This document shows positions 60,656-64,000 of a DNA stretch of 64,000 bases, one piece after another (the stretch's first letter is position 1; each line of letters begins with the position of its first letter). Origin of the DNA: Candidatus Eiseniibacteriota bacterium (GTDB taxonomy: Bacteria; Eisenbacteria; RBG-16-71-46); assembly GCA_044223005.1 (NCBI GenBank), contig JBGAML010000013.1, positions 72,489 to 136,488 of the forward strand, given 5' to 3'. The translations under genes were made by a program, and so were the position numbers. Under the pieces are notes generated by a model that saw only the letters and a program-made list of their open reading frames with translations, had not been told where the DNA came from and searched no databases.

Positions 60656-62556
60656 AGACGTTCGACTCGCTGATCGCTCCGCTGCAGGCCGAGGTGGACG
60701 GCGCGCGCGCCCTCGCATCGGTCCGCGCGATCGCGACGCACCACCGCATCCAGGCGAGCCCGGGCTACGACGACGCCGCCGCGTGGCTCGCGAGCGCCGC
60801 CGCGGCGGCGGGGCTGGAGGTCGCGGTCGAGCACGCGACCGCGGATGGCGTCGCCGCGGCGCTGGGTTGCGTGCTGCCGGAAGGCTGGGCCGCGGAGTCC
60901 GCCACCGCCGTCCTCGTCGACGGCGATCGGCGCGAAGTGATCGCCGACTTCGTGCGCGAACCCCTCTCGCTCGTGCAGCGCAGCGCGCCGGCGGTGGGGA
61001 CCTGGCCGATCGTGCTTCTCGATGAAGGCGCGGACGCGCCGCCGCCGGAGGTGCGGGGCTGTGTCGTGCTGACCGATGCGGCCGTCGCTGCCGTGCACCG
61101 GCGCGCGGTCGTCGAGCAGGGCGCTGCCGGGCTGCTCGCGTACGGTCGCCGGCTGCTGCCGCCGGTGCGCACGCGCGACCACGATCGCGATTCGCTCGCG
61201 TATACCTCGTTCTGGTGGGCGGGGGACGAGCCGCGTGGCTGGGGGTTCGTGCTCTCGCCCGCGCGCGGCGAGGCGCTGGCGGAACGCCTGCGCCGCGGCG
61301 ACCAGCTCGCGCTCGAGGTGGACGTGCGCACGCGGCGCTACCCGGCACGCATGCCGCTCGTCACCGCCACGCTCCCGGGCACGTGCGCGGGCGAGATCCT
61401 GCTCACGGCGCATCTCTGCCATCCGCGCCCCGGCGCCAACGACAACGCCTCGGGCGTCGCGGCCTCGCTCGAGGCGATGCGCGCGCTTGCGGCGCTGGCG
61501 CGCACGGGCGGGCTGCCGCGCGAGCGGCGCACGGTGCGGGCCCTCTGGATGCCGGAGATCACGGGGACCTACGCGTGGATCGCCGCCGATCCCACGCGCG
61601 CCTCGCGCACGCTCGCCGCGCTCAACCTCGACATGGTCGGCGAGGACCAGGCGGCATGCGGCAGCGTGCAGCAGCTGGAGCGCGCCCCGCACTTCGCGGC
61701 GTCCTTCGCCGACGAGCTGGCGCGCGAGTTGCGGCATGCGACGCTCGCGCCCGGCGAGGCGCCGCGCACGGCGGAGGTCGCGTACTCGGGCGGCAGCGAC
61801 CATGCGCTGTGGATCGACCCCGCGATCGGCGTGCCGTGCCCGATGCTGATCCAGTGGCCCGACCGCTGGTACCACTCGAACCTCGACGGCCCCGAGCGCT
61901 GCGATCCGGCGTCGCTCGCGCACGCGGCGCGTTTCGGCGCGGCCTACGCGGGTGGTCTCGCGGCCGCGACGCATGCGGACGTCGCGGAACTGGCGCTGCG
62001 GCTCGAGCGGGCCGCCCGCCGCGAGCTGCGCCTGGCGCTGGAGGCGGCGGAGCCGGCGCGCGCGGTGCGAGCGGCGCGGCTGCGCGCGCAGACGGCGCTC
62101 GCGAGCCTCGGCCGCTTCGCGATCGGCGCCGCGGACGAGGCTGCGGCGCAGGCGGCGATCGCGCGCGTGGTCGTCGCGTCCGCCGAGGCGGTGGAGGGCG
62201 CGTTCGAGGCCGAGATCGCGCCCGCGCTCGGAACCCACGCGGCGCCCGTGGCGCGTGCACGTGGACGCGTGCCCGTGCGGCGGCAGCGTGCGCCGATCGC
62301 GCCGATGCGGACGCTGCAGGTGGGATGGAACGCGCTGCCGCCCGACGAGCGGGCGCGCGCGGAGGCGTTCGAGGCGGCGTTTCCCGGCGGGACGCCGGCG
62401 CTGGATCTCGCGTGGTACGCATGCGACGGGCGCCGCGACGTGACCGAGATCGCCGACCGCCTCGCCGACGAGGGCTTCGAGGTGCCGCCGGCGAGCGTCG
62501 AAGCGTACTTCGAGATCACGGCCGCGCTCGGGGCGAGCGCGTGGAGGGAGGACTGA
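60652..62556 (+). CDS. M28-like zinc peptidase (DUF4910-like)
   Basis: AHLCHP..GANDNASG, PEITG, NLDMVG, GSDH, WPDRWYH. Confidence 0.8.
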   Translation: MKTFDSLIAPLQAEVDGARALASVRAIATHHRIQASPGYDDAAAWLASAAAAAGLEVAVEHATADGVAAALGCVLPEGWAAESATAVLVDGDRREVIADFVREPLSLVQRSAPAVGTWPIVLLDEGADAPPPEVRGCVVLTDAAVAAVHRRAVVEQGAAGLLAYGRRLLPPVRTRDHDRDSLAYTSFWWAGDEPRGWGFVLSPARGEALAERLRRGDQLALEVDVRTRRYPARMPLVTATLPGTCAGEILLTAHLCHPRPGANDNASGVAASLEAMRALAALARTGGLPRERRTVRALWMPEITGTYAWIAADPTRASRTLAALNLDMVGEDQAACGSVQQLERAPHFAASFADELARELRHATLAPGEAPRTAEVAYSGGSDHALWIDPAIGVPCPMLIQWPDRWYHSNLDGPERCDPASLAHAARFGAAYAGGLAAATHADVAELALRLERAARRELRLALEAAEPARAVRAARLRAQTALASLGRFAIGAADEAAAQAAIARVVVASAEAVEGAFEAEIAPALGTHAAPVARARGRVPVRRQRAPIAPMRTLQVGWNALPPDERARAEAFEAAFPGGTPALDLAWYACDGRRDVTEIADRLADEGFEVPPASVEAYFEITAALGASAWRED

Positions 62557-62559
62557 CCG

Positions 62560-62982
62560 ATGCAGGCGCAACGGACGACCTATGGCTGGGTGCTGCGGCT
62601 CGACCGTGGCGAGGACGTCGTGGCGACGCTGCAGGCGTTCGCCGAGCGCGAGGGCGTGCGCGCCGGATTCGTGTCGGCGATCGGGGCCACCGACGACGCC
62701 GAGCTGGGGTTCTACGAGCCGGGGGACCGGACCTACGTCCGCCGCACGTTCACCGGCGATCACGAGATCGGCGCGCTCACGGGCAACATCAGCCTGCTGG
62801 ACGGCCGGCCCTTCCCGCACCTGCACATCGTGATCAGCGGACGGGATCTGGTCGCTTACACCGGGCATCTCTTCCGGGCCGTCGTGTCGGTCACCTGCGA
62901 GCTGCAGCTCGTCACCGATCCCGGTGTCCTCGTGCGCACCGCCCGCCCGGACCTCGGCTACAACCCGCTCGATCCTCGCTGA
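62560..62982 (+). CDS. PPC/DUF296 domain protein
   Basis: LRLDRGEDV, SAIGA, EIGALTGNIS, PHLHIV, GHL. Confidence 0.88.
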   Translation: MQAQRTTYGWVLRLDRGEDVVATLQAFAEREGVRAGFVSAIGATDDAELGFYEPGDRTYVRRTFTGDHEIGALTGNISLLDGRPFPHLHIVISGRDLVAYTGHLFRAVVSVTCELQLVTDPGVLVRTARPDLGYNPLDPR

Positions 62983-63063
62983 CGCGAACCTGACAACCGG
63001 GGCCATCGCGAGCGCCGGTCCACCTGCTATACTCCACCGCTCCTGTCGACCCCGTCTCCCGCC

Positions 63064-63825
63064 TCAGGCGTCTTCGGAGAGCCGAACGGCCACGCCCCAC
63101 ATCCGGCCGGTGCGGCCGGCGTCCCGGCGGTGGGAGAAGTACCAGTGGGGCTCGCAGACCGAGCAGGCTCCGGTGTCGGCGATCGCGTCCGGTGGGACGC
63201 CCGCGGCGGTCAGCGCGAGGCGGGCCGCCGTGGGCAGGTCGAGCCGGCTCCTGCCGTTCACGATGCGACGTGCGGCGGCGGGGAAGCGTTCCGCGACCTC
63301 GTCTCCGACTTCATAGCAGCACCCCCGGATGCAGGGGCCGAAATGGACGCGAACGCCGGTGACGGTGCAGCGCGTCCGAGCCACCAGGGCTTCGAGCGCG
63401 ACGCGAGGCATACCGGCGTCGACACCGCGCCAGCCCGCGTGCACGGCCGCCACCGCGCCCGGGGCGGTGTAGAGCAGGGACATGCAGTCGGCGGTGGTGA
63501 CGGCGAGGGCGAGGCCGGGCACCGTGGTCAGCAGGCCGTCGCACTCGGCGACATGGCCGGGTGCGGAAACCTCGACCACGCGTGCGCCGTGCACCTGGCC
63601 CGCGGTCGCGAGCGCGGCCGGGTCCGCACCGATCGCCGACAGGAAACGACGGCGGTTCTCGGTCACCCGCTCCGGGTCGTCGACGGTCGAGCGGCCGAGG
63701 TTCAAGGACTCGAACGGCGCGGCGGACGTTCCACCGCGCCGGGTGGAGAAGGCGAGCCGCGCGCCCGCGGAACGCGGGTCGACTCGCCAGTGCGGTACGG
63801 GAGCATCGGTCGCGAGCGTCCACAT
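63064..63825 (-). CDS. pgeF: peptidoglycan editing factor / purine nucleoside phosphorylase YfiH family
   Basis: FSTRRGG.S..SLNL, QVHG, TADC, HAGWRG, GPCIRGCCYEV, FSHRR. Confidence 0.9.
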   Translation of the reverse strand: MWTLATDAPVPHWRVDPRSAGARLAFSTRRGGTSAAPFESLNLGRSTVDDPERVTENRRRFLSAIGADPAALATAGQVHGARVVEVSAPGHVAECDGLLTTVPGLALAVTTADCMSLLYTAPGAVAAVHAGWRGVDAGMPRVALEALVARTRCTVTGVRVHFGPCIRGCCYEVGDEVAERFPAAARRIVNGRSRLDLPTAARLALTAAGVPPDAIADTGACSVCEPHWYFSHRRDAGRTGRMWGVAVRLSEDA

Positions 63826-63834
63826 GAGGGGCGC

Positions 63835-63864
63835 ACGCTAGGCAAGGCGAAAGGAGCGCGTCAA
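63835..63864 (-). promoter_or_regulatory. sigma70-type promoter for pgeF (very short leader)
   Basis: TTGACG-18-TAGCGT, ending 9 nt before the ATG. Confidence 0.55.
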
Positions 63865-63896
63865 GCGCTCCGTGCACATTCCGGGGGTTCAAGGTC

Positions 63897-64000
63897 GTGA
63901 ACGGACGCATCGCCACGTCGCTCGCCACGTTGTTCGTCATCGTCCTCGTCACCGCGAGCGCGCTCGCGCAGGGGGCGGCGCCGCGGCCCGCGGCGCCGCC
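63897..64000 (+). CDS. 5' end of an exported protein (partial)
   Basis: GTG start, MNGRIATSLATLFVIVLVTASALAQGAAP signal peptide; runs off the window. Confidence 0.55.
   Translation, partial: MNGRIATSLATLFVIVLVTASALAQGAAPRPAAP

Overview
High-GC (roughly 70%), gene-dense bacterial chromosomal window from a diderm; an FCB-type lineage such as Ca. Eisenbacteria or Latescibacterota is my inference. I saw no rRNA, tRNA, CRISPR array or mobile element. Left to right: a partial TPR/Zn-finger membrane protein (-); asnS; a PstS-like lipoprotein/TPR/2xSTAS/ExbB/2xExbD/TonB locus; a Yip1-TolC-MFP-MacB-type ABC exporter; uvrA; tdh-kbl; then gcvT-gcvH followed not by gcvP but by an eight-gene block of unknown function (GlmL-like ASKHA ATPase, a multidomain partner and four membrane proteins among them) and a lipoate/octanoyl ligase; an Opp-type ABC importer; a ~680 bp intergenic gap with a sigma54-like motif and a strong hairpin (candidate sRNA); a compact bacterial microcompartment locus (2 BMC-H, 1 BMC-T, 3 BMC-P, one aldehyde dehydrogenase with an encapsulation peptide, no signature enzyme); FmdB zinc ribbon, HU/IHF, a 31-aa bS22-like gene, rnr, PilZ, aroA-cmk-plsC-rpsA, a TPR protein, mutS, YkgJ, YitJ; a SpoIVB/S55 peptidase-propeller-GT-M28-DUF296 operon; and pgeF. 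The best candidates for undescribed biology are the GlmL-ATPase/membrane complex in the glycine-cleavage locus and the orphan microcompartment. Family assignments come from motif recognition only; no searches were run.
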